60,000 nucleotides of DNA from assembly GCA_965235115.1 (NCBI GenBank), contig OZ249436.1:40426001-40486000 (forward strand), read 5' to 3'. A program made the translations under genes and the position numbers. The notes below the pieces were generated by a model, which saw only the letters and a list, made by a program, of their open reading frames with translations, ran no database searches and was not told where the DNA came from. Positions 13,784 through 26,895 of this stretch are shown here, piece after piece. The DNA is from Laetmonice hystrix (lineage: Eukaryota). Numbering within the stretch: the stretch's first letter is position 1; each line of letters opens with the position of its first letter.

Positions 13784-15535
13784 CTACATAATTTGACTTT
13801 TGCTGTATACAGGTTTACAGTTCCAGTATACTGTTTCTGGTTCTGGATATGAAAAGGCTGGATTTCTGAACTGCACATCACAGTCCTTGCCACTGCATTC
13901 ACACAAAGCACTGCATTTCAGTCCTGCTTGCTTGCATTTGCAACGTCCTGTACAACCTTTCTTGCACCCACAGCGCACAAGTTCCCTTGAGGAGGAGCTG
14001 GCCTCAGGCAGAGTTGTCCGGAATGGTTTCCAGTCATTGGGGTCTTTCCATCCCCAGTCACTTGGCGATGGCAATTCAGGGACCGCTTCAAGATCTTTTC
14101 CCCAGCAGTGCCCCCCTGGCCCTGGTACACAGCCCTCTTGATATGCTGAATCAATGCTGCCTGAGTTGGAGGGACGGCATCCATAGCACGTCCTTTCTTG
14201 GCAAACAACTCTTGCCGAGCCTCACTGCTATCCTCCTTCCTGTTCCTGCGGTCATAGAGCATCAGATATATCAATTGGTCCTGTTGACAATGCTAAGAAT
14301 GTGGAGGTCACCTACTCAAAAACCTTCCACCTGTGCCACGCGGTCCTTTCCCCTCATGTTTAAAAACGACACCGTATCACAACCAGTGAAAGCGCGAAAT
14401 ATTGGGAGGGCCTTGGATTTGTCAGGTCCAAGAGAAGCAGCTATGTATCGAAAGTGCTGACCAGTACCAAAGGCAACCCACACCTCCTAGACTTTTATCT
14501 TGGCTACTGCTGCCACTGCCAAAATGACAACATCTGTGTCGATTGTCCTATGGAGAATCTTCTGAAAGCCTTTGTGCACTGCATCTACCAGATGCAGGAT
14601 CATTCTCCTATCAGCCTCCTCGTGACTGAAAGAGGCTAGTAGGGTAGCTTGTGAGGGATGGCACAGGACCTCTGCACCATATGTGGTAACAACCTGCTTG
14701 TCAGTCTCCAGCAGTGAAATATACTCTGCCAAGAATGCAAGCAACCCCGTTTTGTTTGCGTCAACACGTACAAACTGCTGCCAGTTTCATGGGAGACTCT
14801 TGGATCCTTCGACTCTCTTTCTTATGCCCTTCCCATGTTTACTTCTGGCATGAGCCTTCAGATCGACTGTTTTCCTGATGGTGATACTGGTCCCATACTA
14901 CATCCACCCGATCAGCATGCTGCAGTTGGCCTAGGATGTATGGGCGGACAAAATTCAGGGCATATTCACAGAATGGTTTAGCAGCCGGTGGCTTGAGAAT
15001 GTTTACTAGCGCAGCCCCATCAATGATAGTCACATTGGTTCCTGGAACATCGTGTTTTCTAACTACACAATATAGCCTTCCAGGTTCCATGCAGATCTTA
15101 GCTTGCCATGCTGCGATAGTGAGGGGGGGGGGGCATACTTGGTTCTCGTGATGGAAGAACTCATTCAGGTTAGCATCTCTGGACTGGCAGGCAATGAAGA
15201 GTCGTAAGAACAGGGAACAGTGACTTTTCAGGGAAGAAACTTGCAAACCACTCCTGAATTTCTCTCTTGGAGGTCCAGCAACCATCCAACGCCTCAGTCC
15301 CGCAGGAGACTGAGTAAGGCCCACAGCCCCACCCTCACTTTTCACGGTTGCATTATTTTGCTCATGAGCCTGAGAAGACCCGTCACGACATCACGAGGCT
15401 TTGATTCTGCTGGGTATTGCACAGCTTCACTTGTGACTGTTTGGCAAAGAACACACTTGGTCCAGTCAGTTTTGGGTGCCTCTTTGACTTTGGACGGCCC
15501 AGGTTGTGCCGAATCAAAAAGCTGATAAGCTTGGG
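13784..15535 (-). pseudogene. Degenerate Academ transposase/XPG-nuclease/Cys8 coding region
   Basis: Fragments in order across frames: N-terminal KTDWTKCVLCQ (~15440-15475), QAHEQNNATVKSEGGAVGLT...LRRWMVAGP, IIDGAALVNILKP, RVDVVWDQY, HEEADRRMILH, TIDTDVVIL, FTGCDTVS..GK, VPPTQAALIQHIKRAVYQ, PSPSDWGW, CGCKKGCTGRCKCKQAGLKCSALCEC. Multiple frameshifts and deletions. Confidence 0.88.
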
Positions 15536-16154
15536 ACTTTTACGGCCACCACCACGACCACTAGGTCTAACTAACTTTTAACCATCATCTGTAGGTCTAC
15601 CCTCTAAGTCAAGGGTTGACGACTTGAGGATTTCTGACACCGACTTAGAACAAGCGAACAACATTAAAATTACATGACGCTGGTCCCCACGCTCACATTC
15701 ACGCCCATTTGCTGAAATGAACGCTCAGAGATCCTGCACGGGACCCTGGGTAAGCCTCAGGGGATCAACCTAACGAGGACCCCGCTTGCCGAACTAGGCC
15801 GATTTCTTTTCAGAAGCTATATGGCGGATTTCGCCCAGGACACCAGCCGAACCAGTGGCTAATCTAATGACAAACACCCAGCGGAAGTTTCTTCGATAGG
15901 CCTAGACCTACTTTATGTCACTGGTGTAGTAAGCTAACGAGTGAGATGGCGCGCATGTTCCATTTTGGGCCGTGAGTGATATGTAATCTATGCTTTCCCC
16001 AAACGAACGAATACTGCCGAAGATTGCCGAAAGGACTTGAGTGTGAGAATGGCTGGTCCCAGCTATGTATCATCGACTGTGACATCACAATGGCTAGCCT
16101 CAATGAATGACATTCGACATTCTACAATATTCGTTCTGTTGTTTAATAATATTA

Positions 16155-16815
16155 ATATTGACCAAAGTCGGATTTTCAGTAATAGGTGATGGCAGCCCTA
16201 GTTTGCATAAATCAACTTTTTTCTTAAATCTGAAAGTACCTTTTGATAGAGCTCAACCTTCCAAACCCGGGTTTAGACGAGCTCCTTTCTAACACAAGCG
16301 GTTTCAAAGATATTGACCAAAGTCAGATTTTTGGTAACAGCGGCCCTGATTTGCATAAATTAGCATTAGGAAAAACTGAAAGTACCTTTTTCACATACCT
16401 TGACCTTGCAAACCCGGCTCTAGATGACACCCTTTACGAAATATGACAAACGTTAAAAAATATATAGACCGAAGTCGGATTTTCGGTAATGGCGGCCCTA
16501 ATTTGCATAAATTAGCATTCGGAAAAAAACTGAAAGTACCTTTTTCACATACTTTGACCATGCAAACCTGAGATTAGATGACACCCTTTACGAAATATGA
16601 CAAACGTTAAAAAATATATTGACCGGAGTCGGATTTTCGGTAATGGCGGCCCTAATTTGCATAAATTAGCATTCAGAAAAAACTGAAAGTACCTTTTTCA
16701 CATACTTTGACCTTGCAAACCTGGGTCTAGATGACATCCTTTATGAAATATGACAAACGTTTAAAGAGATATTGACCGAAGGCGGATTTCCGGTAATGGC
16801 GGCCGTAATTTGCAT
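16155..16815. repeat. ~153-bp subterminal tandem repeats of the Academ element
   Basis: Motif GACC(A/G)AAGTCGGATTTT recurs at 16160, 16315, 16467, 16621 and 16774. Inverted counterparts lie at ~13200 and ~13352 at the other end. Confidence 0.9.
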
Positions 16816-17670
16816 ATTTACTCGCCGTACAAATTTTAAAATGCCTTTATCGTAATCCTTGACCCAGAAATCCTGGGCCTGGACACCATTTTCATCGCAA
16901 TCGGTTGTATAATTCCAAAGTTATTGAAGGATATAGCTATTCTGGGAATGGCGACCTTAAAATGGCTGCCAAAGGTGATACAGGGACTTTTTCTCGTGGC
17001 GCCATTTCTGGCCTTGTTCCTTTGGGTATGGTCTATGACTGTGCCAAGTTTCGCACTTTTATGACAAAATGCACAATCCTTCGACATATTGTCACATATC
17101 TGCCTGACTAGATGGGCAGTAGAAGACCTATTTATCTGGGTTTGTGGCCAGCATGCGGGACCCGGACAACAGACACGGAGAGGAAACCAAAGTGGATGAC
17201 AGTGTCGTCAGTAATCTGCAACGTGAAGACGGGAGGACTCGGTTTGAACGATAAATGAAATTTTTATCTGTGAACTGGGCGCATGCATGGTGTTTTTCTT
17301 TATCAGTTACACTACACAGCAAAGAGGCATTCTGCTGAGGTCCTTCAGGGATTCCCCTGGGTCCTTCAGGATTCCCCTGGGTCCTCCGGGATAAGCCGAA
17401 TCTGGCTTTGTTCCTCACGCAGACTTCAAGGATCATATTATTCTCGGAGTCAGGCCACAGGCCATAGACAGTTAGAACAAAGGCAGACTGACACAGACAA
17501 GGTCGTACCAGACTCAAAGTATAGAACAATTGATTGGAAATATTGCTGATTTAAACGAAAGTTAGAAAGTGGTGCAGAATGCGGTCATACAGCGGGCAGG
17601 CTATAGTTTTATTTAGCCTGGTTCCTTAAGCCACGTTTTGGGCAAATCAACTCGATTATACTAATACCTT

Positions 17671-17832
17671 CAGCCGTGCGTAGCGGATCGGGGGGAGGGG
17701 TGTCTTGGCGTCAATTTTTCTCTTTCCCCCCTAGAACTTCTTTCTGAATTAACCGTGTTGGAAACCCCTTTGGCCAGATTCCCCCATGGACCCCCCCGCC
17801 CCCTCCTTTCCAAATTCCTGGATCCGGCCCTG
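17671..17832. mobile_element. Short hAT-like MITE family member
   Basis: Ends ...GGATCCGGCCCTG. Its internal TAGAACTTCTTTCTGAATTAACCGTGTTGGAAACCCC is shared with the copy at ~50522-50671. TSD not evident. Confidence 0.45.
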
Positions 17833-17837
17833 GTTCA

Positions 17838-18014
17838 GGCCCTAGTTTTTAGTTTGCAAACCGAGTCTTAAGATTCAAATCTTAAGAAAGAACTCTTGTT
17901 TCAGAGCTTCTGTTTGGTCCTTCAAATGAAGTCAGCCAATGAGAGACCATAAGACAAGTCAGTCTTAAAATTCCAGTCTTAAGATTGGTAAAATGATGAA
18001 CTAAAAACTGGGCC
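17838..18014. mobile_element. Harbinger/Tourist-like MITE
   Basis: TIR GGCCC(T)AGTTTTTAGTT / AACTAAAAACTGGGCC, with repeated internal TCTTAAGA palindromes. Confidence 0.6.
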
Positions 18015-20685
18015 CAGGGTGACAGTGAATGGGTGAGAAGTGTTGAAAAGTACTATACCACACAGACAGGTTACGTAATCAGCTAATAGACACAATCATG
18101 GACAATAAACACAGCATGTCATACGCCGTACTTCATTAAAACTGAATGGTATAAAAAATATTTTCTGACTCTACATGATGAACATCATAGCTTAAAAAAA
18201 CGACATGGCCTCATGTTTAAAATCCCAGACAGCGAGTCTCTGTGGTCACCATCTTGAAGAGAATGTATAGATATGTACCCGAGGATGATGAACACAGACG
18301 CAGTCAGCGTGAGCCTGCATTGACTGCATCACTTCTCATGCAGCAAATAACAACGTGACAGATGAGCCATCTCATGCGCCATTCTAACGGCGTTAGAATT
18401 AGCTCACACTGTACGGGCCTTGAAAAGTGGACTGGAGAAAAGAGTATGAAATATGGTCCGGTTTGGTAATCCGCGGGGTAAATGATCTCAGCGAGCGGAT
18501 GCTGTAGTCACGTATCTCCCGTAATACTCTCAAGGGAAATGTAAAAACATCCTCATTCGTACCCACAGAAAAAAAACAACTAAAGTGAAGAGATGGTAAA
18601 ATGGTGTTGGTGCCTGAGCTTTGCTCCATTAGACCAGGCAGATCCAATGACAGTAGATAAGAGGGAGATGTATATACTTGAAAGTGAGTGTTTTGTTCCC
18701 GTTTGAACAGTGGTAGACGATATGTTCTAGAGTGTTACAACTGATACCTCCGACCAGAGAATATTGCTGTCAGTTTATGCTGATAATTGTGTCGATAATC
18801 ATGTCTAACTATAGCCCGAAATTTAGAATGTTAAAAAAAACGGTAATTCCGCCTGAGGTTTCCAGTTTCAAGGTAATAAAAAAAGATAATATTATGACAT
18901 GTTCTCAGGCTCACTGATGTTGTAGAGAATTATTATAATCCAGAGGTTGTACCGAAATAGTGACCTCCCTGTTTTTAGCAACATATGTATACCTACCTCC
19001 AACAAACCTGTTTTATCGTTCTTAAAATATTTAGTATTTTTGGTGAACTACACCCATCAAATAGGCTTTCAACCAGGATTGTAATGATGTGGTCCCGGCT
19101 GAGAGGTCAGCCGTGATAATAGTTGTTCAGACTAGATGATATAGTATTTATGATGCGCTATGGTGGCCGCAGTTAGGATTACAGTAGAGCTCGTTTTGCA
19201 GTCCTGAAATACCTGAATAGACGGAACTTATACACTCAGTCACTCACTCAATCACTCACTCGGTGTTTGTGTCTGCATGAATATTACCATACAGCCATTG
19301 GTTCATTAGACCGAGAGGACTTTGTACAGTGGCAAGTGTTATTTCAACAGTCTAATAGAGTCAGGGAGATTTTTGCCATTCAACATCAAAGAGTAATGCC
19401 TATAATGCGGATGGATAGAGCTCATACGAGCAGAAGGGGTGCGCCATGGGTGGCCGTGCCTTCAGGCCCAAAGCCAACCACTCAACATTGGGTATTTTAA
19501 CTAGAGCAACGTTAGCAGTTATTGGACCTGTCAATGTTGTAGAAGCGGTTTCTTTCTGTATGCAGGAACATAGATTTATATTTTGTAATTCTAAGTGATT
19601 GCATGCAGGCATCTGGTATTGCCAGTCCATTAGGTCTGAGCAAACTAGAATTAAAAGATGCATTATTGAAGCAATCTCGGGGTTGTATCCAGTCTGTGAA
19701 GGTTAAGAAGTTGTATATAATCATCATTTCTGCCTTATGAAACTGTAATATAGGGAAAACATGATTAATAACCCGTCATATTTTATCACGGCTGTACATC
19801 AGTGCTCTTGGTATGAAGTCAAAAACCAAGGAAAGAAAAAAGGCTGCATTGTCGCATGTATGCATGTACGTCTAGTTTCTTTAGCGTATTTCAACGATCA
19901 CAAGAAAAGCAACGAACACAAAAGGGGGAAAAGGGTGGTACATACATGTGTATTTAATGGAACAAAGCGTGTCTAGTTTTCTTCTCGTGTTGACACCATT
20001 GGGCACAGATTGTGGCCGAGGGGGCCCATTAGCCGTGGAGACCCGAGGGACGGACCTGCCCCACTACACGGTGTCGGTTTGTTTGAGGCGAACAGTTCCC
20101 AACAGTCCCGCTTGAGGTCGTCACTACGCCACGTGTACTCGCCTCATGGAGCTTGTTTCAACAGCAAACACATTACTTACATTCAGTCCACACGGCAGAG
20201 AGAGGCAACATCAAGTGGTGGAGATCCAAGTGACACGCTTACCGGCTGATGGACACTTCATCGCACGCAGTCCCTGTCGGCTGGCTGCAGAGCTTGCTGC
20301 TGAACAAATGTCTGGTTTCTGATAATGGCGGCGTGTGCTTGAGGGTCGTTCTTGGTTCTCAGTGTTTTGTGACTGGGATAATGTTATACATACGTAAAAC
20401 ATCGGTAAATGGATGGTCCGAAGGTGGTTCGAGTATATCGAGAAAGGTCGTGGTCAGAGTCCTATTTTGGGCAAAGTGGTTGGCATACAGATGGGTATGA
20501 TGAAGCATTTATATATCAATCTAGCGTTTTCAGTTTTTGGTTTTTTTTTCTTTTCTGGGGATTCTCTCTGTCAATATTAAACTTAAATGTATTTGAGTAG
20601 TCACTCAATATGTAGGCCCTACAAAAAAATGAAAACGTGTGACTAGCTGCGTTATCTACCTGAAGGACATAGTTATTTTTAGGAT

Positions 20686-21586
20686 CAGTGTGCCAGTCTT
20701 ACGGACATGTTTGTTGTTGGGTCAGGGTGCGAGTACAACACGTGACCAGTCTTACGGACATGTTTGTTATTGGGTCAGTGTGCGAGTACAACACGTGACC
20801 AGTCTTACGGACATGTTTGTTTGTGTGGTCAGTGTGCGAGTACAACACGTGACCAGTCTTACGGACATGTTTGTTATTGGGTCAGTGTGCGAGTACAACA
20901 CGTGACCAGTCTTACGGACATGTTTGTTTGTGTGGTCAGTGTGCGAGTACAACACGTGACCAGTCTTACGGACATGTTTGTTATTGGGACAGTGTGCGAG
21001 TACAACACGAGACTAGTCTTACGGACATGTTTGTTATTGGGTCAGTGTGCGAGTACAACACGTGACCAGTCTTACGGACATGTTTGTTATTGGGTCAGTG
21101 TGCGAGTACAACACGTGACCAGTCTTACGGACATGTTTGTTATTGGGTCAGTGTGCGAGTACAACACGTGACCAGTCTTACGGACATGTTTGTTATTGGG
21201 TCAGTGTGCGAGTACAACACGTGACCAGTCTTACGGACATGTTTGTTATTGGGTCAGTGTGCGAGTACAACACGTGACCAGTCTTACGGACATGTTTGTT
21301 ATTGGGTCAGTGTGCGAGTACAACACGTGACCAGTCTTACGGACATGTTTGTTATTGGGTCAGTGTGCGAGTACAACACGTGACCAGTCTTACGGACATG
21401 TTTGTTATTGGGTCAGTGTGCGAGTACAACACATGACCAGTCTTACGGACATGTTTGTTATTGGGTCAGTGTGCGAGTACAACACGTGACCAGTCTTACG
21501 GACATGTTTGTTATTGGATCAGTGTGCGAGTACAACACGTGACCAGTCTTACGGACATGTTTGTTATTGGGTCAGTGTGCGAGTAC
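20686..21586. repeat. 53-bp minisatellite, about 17 copies
   Basis: Unit CCAGTCTTACGGACATGTTTGTTATTGGGTCAGTGTGCGAGTACAACACGTGA, nearly invariant. Confidence 0.97.
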
Positions 21587-21986
21587 TATACAATACTGTC
21601 AGTAGACCTACCGACCTCTCTCCATAGGCGCGCTATTAGATTGACTTGTAGTCATACGTTACCAACAATTCAAGGTCCTTTTAAGATCGCCGTCTACCAA
21701 AGTGTCGTACATTATGGTTGAGAGTAAATGCCGTGTTTGGAACCCCAAGTCTGTCAACAGGTGACGTCTCTAGGAAGCTGATTGGAAACCCTTTGTGTGC
21801 TACATTCACCCCGCTTTATTAACCTCACAGGCAGGTGTCGTGGTGGAAGAGTTTATAGGACACAGGCCAAAGCAGCCCTGCCCCTATAGTATACCGTGCA
21901 ACACTGATATTTTCATCAATAGAGATTCTGTCTATCCAGCGATGTCATTTAGCGCCACCTGCCGCCAAAAAGATTGTCCTCGTCTG

Positions 21987-22074
21987 TATGTGCGATCCTG
22001 TAGATATTGCACTGCGCCATGGCGTAATTATGTGCGATCCTGTAGATATTGCACTGCGCCATGGCGTAATTATG
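21987..22074. repeat. 42-bp perfect tandem duplication
   Basis: TATGTGCGATCCTGTAGATATTGCACTGCGCCATGGCGTAAT present twice head to tail. Confidence 0.9.
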
Positions 22075-25000
22075 AGCATGTTCTTCATCACTGATGTTAT
22101 CAACTCTCGGTTCGAGGCAGAACTGAGCATGTTCATTTCCTCTCAGAGGCCTACCTCCGCTAGATACTTTATCTTTCACACTGATACTGAAGGTCAAGGA
22201 ACAGGCACGCGATCAAAAATATATGAGCGTTTGAGCAAACGGGTTGAGCGACGCTGATGTTCCAAACTCAACATGTTTGTTATGCCCTATGGTTCTTCAT
22301 TGTGTCAGTAAAATGTGAAAACATGCCCTGTTGGAAAACACGCAGAAAAATGTCAGGCGGTTTTTTGGCAAAAAGCTGGACGATAGGTGGCGTGAATAGA
22401 ACGACAAAATAGTGTTCTGTTTGGGGAAGGGGAACTGACACCCCGGTTCACATATTGCATTACGTGGTGTAGATATATAGCCAGTGTCTCTCTCCCATAC
22501 ACTGTCGTTGTTAAGGGTGGCCACGTCTAGTGTAGACTGTGTAGATACGTTACACCGCGATGTCATTCAATCGTTCAGGGCCTGAGTTACTGTACACCTT
22601 TTTGGTAGGCAAACTTTATTGTTGCTTGACCATAGTACTTCTCGTTGTGTTCTCTGCAATCTTCTTCCCTCCTTCTCAGACCTCTCTCGCTCTGTAGGCC
22701 CGGTCTATTCTGTCTGATCTCGCCTCTCGTCTGCTCTCTTCTGGCTTGGTCTCGAAGTTGGTAACTATATATAGGAAGGCTACTTATCTCCACTACATAT
22801 AGGGTGACCGGCACACCGTTATTGTCCATTGTTCATGTTTCAATAAATGTCTTGTTATTGTCACCCTTTATTATTAGTTAAACTCGTGGCCTCTATGATC
22901 ATTATTAATACAGGTCTGTCTTATTGGTTGGTAGAGACGCTGCTGATCAAATATATAGATTGTATCCTCATTCTTCATGCCGTTCCATTGTTCTCACTAG
23001 AGTAGGCCTATACCAATTCCATATCTATATCTTTACCGGATATTACTGATGACTTCAGTTGTTGACAATTCTGTTTAATATATGTATGAACTATCAAGGT
23101 ATAAATTGGTGAATTTATATCCATTAGAACTCATGTAAGAATTAATGTTTCTTATATTTCTATGCACTGTCACCTTGTAGTATTATAGTTATATGGCTTA
23201 GTTATAGTTATATGGCTTAACACAAGCCTTGTTGTGTTGCATTACGTCATTGGCGTCAGCTGCTTGCTCAGTCAGGTCTCACGTGTCTGCAGAGAAATAA
23301 TGCTCAGTTGATGTTCAGTGGTCAGGACCTGGTCAGCAACATCCTGTGCAGGTTCTCATGATGTGTCAGTTAGGCCGGTCAGTCTCCGACATTGGCTGCT
23401 ACTTCTGGCATTGAATTCGAGTGATTGGATCGAGTCAACCCATCTGATATTTCAAACTTAAGGGAATGGGTCTATAATATTTCAGCACGAACCTATTTTC
23501 ATATGGGATCATAAAGTTGAAGAATTAATTGTATGGGAGGGCTTGGTAATATGATATCATTGAATAGGTGCTTCTTACTTTACGCTTATTAAACTATAAG
23601 CGTGATAATAATGAACGAATATGATATATGAAACACAATACAGTGTACCTGAACAGGCCAGGATGCTCGGGTAGAGGGCACGGTTCATGGCTCAGAGTAA
23701 AGGCAATTGCATCGAGTAAAATGGGATAAAAGCTTACGGGCTCCCAAGCTAATTATACTTACCTTAGCTTTATTGTTTATGGACAGGGCTGTGATCCTAT
23801 CGGTCGTTGCAAAGGTCTCGGTTATATTGAAGCAGGTCTAATGTTGAGTAAATATTGAAGGTATCTCATGTCTGACCAGAGCCACAAGGGTTCGATTTAC
23901 CTTTTAGCTATTAGCTGAGTCGAGCTGAGTTGTCCTTTTTAGGTATTTAAAGAAGGACATTGAGCTGAGTTCACTAAATTTCCGACTCCAAGTTAAACCA
24001 GTTCATCTTGAGCTCCATCTCATGTGATTTGAAAAATGCAGCTCGTCTCGTTTGACCTCAGCTCACGGCTGATTGAGTATTCGTCAGACAACAAGAGTGA
24101 AGGCGCCTAGCCCCATGGAAAGGTTGGATAGTTTATGTTGTTTGTTTTAAGCGTAGAATTTGTCACGATCTTACAGGTTGCATTCGATTGGTAACAATCG
24201 GGCTGAAGGAGTCAGTCACGGAGCAGGTACAGTGGCAAAAGGAGTGGAACAGCTCGGGACGAGGTAGTAGGTCACGGAGTAGTTTGCAACTATGTGCAGT
24301 TGCAAACTTACCCAAGTTGCCATAGATATTGACACGAGGGCGCAAGTCGCCAAATGGCCGTGACGTCATAAAATGAGAGGCTGATGGGAAGGAGTTTTCC
24401 GCTTGGTGTGCTCAGGTGACACCGGCGTGGTGGCCTGTGATTGGCTGACCCAGGATCATTAGTTAGTTCATACGTGTGTGGACACGACACCTGGTGGCGG
24501 ACTACGTTAGCGACTGCCGAGGTCTACCGGAAGAAGTGGGCGTCCTCATCTCGGCCACCTAATGGGTGCAGGCAGCAATTAATTGTAGGGTTCGTGTGGC
24601 TCCTGGACAGTTGCAGGTCACTCAGACGCAGCAATCAGGCAGTTTTAGCAGCAGTGTCTGCACAGCTAAAATTGGAAGCGAAGACCTAAAGACCAGCCCT
24701 ATGGAAAATTCCGAATTTCTAAATTGTTTGACCACATTTATAGTGTTCATGACATTGCAGCCCCCCCCCCCCCCTCCGACCTATCTGTAAGTTTATTAGT
24801 TGTGCCACCACATGTACAAATAAGCAGGCCTAAGGTAGGGAGAACTTGAAGTTGCGAAGCGAAGCCGTACACAAGTGTTTGATGGATAGATCTATTTTCG
24901 GATACCAGTGTTGACTTCTTGGCATGTCAAGTTATCACGTAATGTGGTATAACTCTGTAGAAAACAAAACCAAGGCGACAGGCTATTTTGGGCGCGTAAA

Positions 25001-25894
25001 GATGGAGATGTTTCATGATTCAGCAAGTTTGGAATTGGAAATGGAGAAGGTTAGCTCTTATAGATAACTGTCACTAATTGATGTCAGGCAAAGTTTTTAA
25101 TTGATGTCAGGCAAAGTTGGGCATTAATGAGTGAGACGTATGTCATGTCTGACAATATTACTAAAAAGGTTAAACACGATAATTTGTTAAAAGTAGAGAA
25201 AAATACTTCTACCCCTTGTAAGGTTGGTTGTTGGCCAACATATCACAGATATGATGTTCATCTTATACCTTAAATTAGGTGCAATTATAATCGTTCGATC
25301 GTCTTTTTCAATTCAATGGAAGATATCCAATTTTGTGCGCAAATTTAGCAAGAAAATATACATAAAATGGCAGCATTTTATGGTTAAGGACTCAAGTATC
25401 ATACTTTTTTCTCTGTTTTTTTTGCCAGTTTACCTTCGCTTTAATTTCAAGTTATTTTTAGCTCAATTTTGATTGGCGCGATCGCCCGGGCTTCGACATC
25501 GACTGATGTTTGATGATGTAATCTTGCAGGTTTTGTTGGTGTTTAGTGTTGCAATCCTGGTTGGGGTGATTTTTTGATGTAGTGCAGGTGTAACAGGTTT
25601 CCAAGTCCCCCTGAAATGGTTCAGTGGACCTGCATTCCGAGGGCCTGAAGTGCGTGATGGGGAATTTCATCGATATATCTTCATAATCATAGTCCTAACA
25701 CTAATTCTTACCGTATCCCCTAATCTGTATTTTCTTAATTCTATTGTCTTGTACCACGAAGTGGACGAACTAGGACCTGTATACCCAGGGAATACGGGTC
25801 CGGCGGACTTAAATTCCGGCGGACTTACATTCCGTTCACACTTGTATTGGCTGTTGTTTGGTGTTGAGGTTATCCCGCATGGTTTGACTCATGT

Positions 25895-26770
25895 GTGTTA
25901 ACCATGATGTTTTGTGTTGACCCGTTGTGTTACATGTACAGGTTTAGGCTGGTTGATAATTAGATTTTGTGTTAACCATGATGTTTTGTGTTGACCCGTT
26001 GTGTTACAGGTTTAGGATGGTTGATATGATAATTAGGTTTTGTGTTAACCGTGATGTTTTGTGTTGACCCGTTGTGTTACATCTACAGGTATAGGCTGGT
26101 TGATAATTAGATTTTGTGTTAACCGTGATGTTTTGTGTTGACCCGTTGTGTCACATGTACAGGTTTAGGCTGGTTGATAATTAGATTTTGTGTTAACCGT
26201 GATGTTTTGTGTTGACCCGTTGTGTTACATGTACAGGTTTAGGCTGGTTGATAATTAGATTTTGTGTTAACCGTGATGTTTTGTGTTGACCCGTTGTGTT
26301 ACATGTACAGGTTTAGGCTGGTTGATAATTAGATTTTGTGTTAACCATGATGTTTTGTGTTGACCCGTTGTGTCACATGTACAGGTTTAGGCTGGTTGAT
26401 AATTAGATTTTGTGTTAACCGTGATGTTTTGTGTTAACCGTGATGTTTTGTGTTGACCCGTTGTGTTACATGTACAGGCTGGTTGATAATTAGATTTTGT
26501 GTTAACCGTGATGTTTTGTGTTGACCCGTTGTGTCACATGTACAGGTGTAGGCTGGTTGATAATTAGATTTTGTGTTAACTGTGATGTTTTGTGTTAACC
26601 GTGATGTTTTGTGTTGACCCGTTGTGTTACATGTACAGGCTGGTTGATAATTAGATTTTGTGTTAACCATGATGTTTTGTGTTGACCCGTTGTGTTACAT
26701 GTACAGGTTTAGGCTGGTTGATAATTACATTTTGTGTTAACCGTGATATTTTGTGTTGACCCGTTGTGTT
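25895..26770. repeat. ~74-bp minisatellite, about 12 copies, ending at a splice acceptor
   Basis: Unit GTGTTAACCGTGATGTTTTGTGTTGACCCGTTGTGTTACATGTACAGGTTTAGGCTGGTTGATAATTAGATTTT, with internal ~19-bp sub-duplications in some copies. Confidence 0.95.
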
Positions 26771-26780
26771 GACTGTGCAG

Positions 26781-26895
26781 ATTCCGGGTGGTTGACGAGA
26801 CGTTCGTGGACACGACACCAAGCGGACCGGAGGTGGTGGGTGAGAAGGCCGAACTCAAGGAACCCGAGACGAAGAAAACCCCATTCTCCATGTTG
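26781..26895 (+). CDS. Penultimate coding exon of an unidentified gene
   Basis: Acceptor TGTGCAG| and donor |GTGAGT. GC3-rich open frame FRVVDETFVDTTPSGPEVVGEKAELKEPETKKTPFSML ending in phase 0. Confidence 0.7.

Larger units (their letters stand above)
12735..17110 (-). mobile_element. Academ (AcademX-type) DNA transposon, internally deleted
   Basis: Ends TAGTCAGGCAGATATGTGA... / ...TCACATATCTGCCTGACTA (19-bp perfect inverted match, extending as an imperfect TIR for several hundred bp). 3-bp TSD GAT at 12732-12734 and 17111-17113. Internal remnants of an XPG-like nuclease and a C-terminal Cys-rich finger. TAG/CTA ends, a 3-4 bp TSD, XPG and Cys8 are the described hallmarks of Academ. Confidence 0.88.

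Noticed and set aside
16836..17111. ORFs resembling the ORFs at 12586-12894
   Set aside because: The similarity only reflects the Academ TIRs.
8461..21586. 29-, 26- and 53-bp arrays as CRISPR-like arrays
   Set aside because: Units are head to tail with no unique spacers, there are no cas genes, and the context is eukaryotic.
22587..22829. Charged 80-aa ORF, possibly a LINE ORF1 remnant
   Set aside because: No diagnostic motif and no adjacent endonuclease or reverse-transcriptase sequence recognised.
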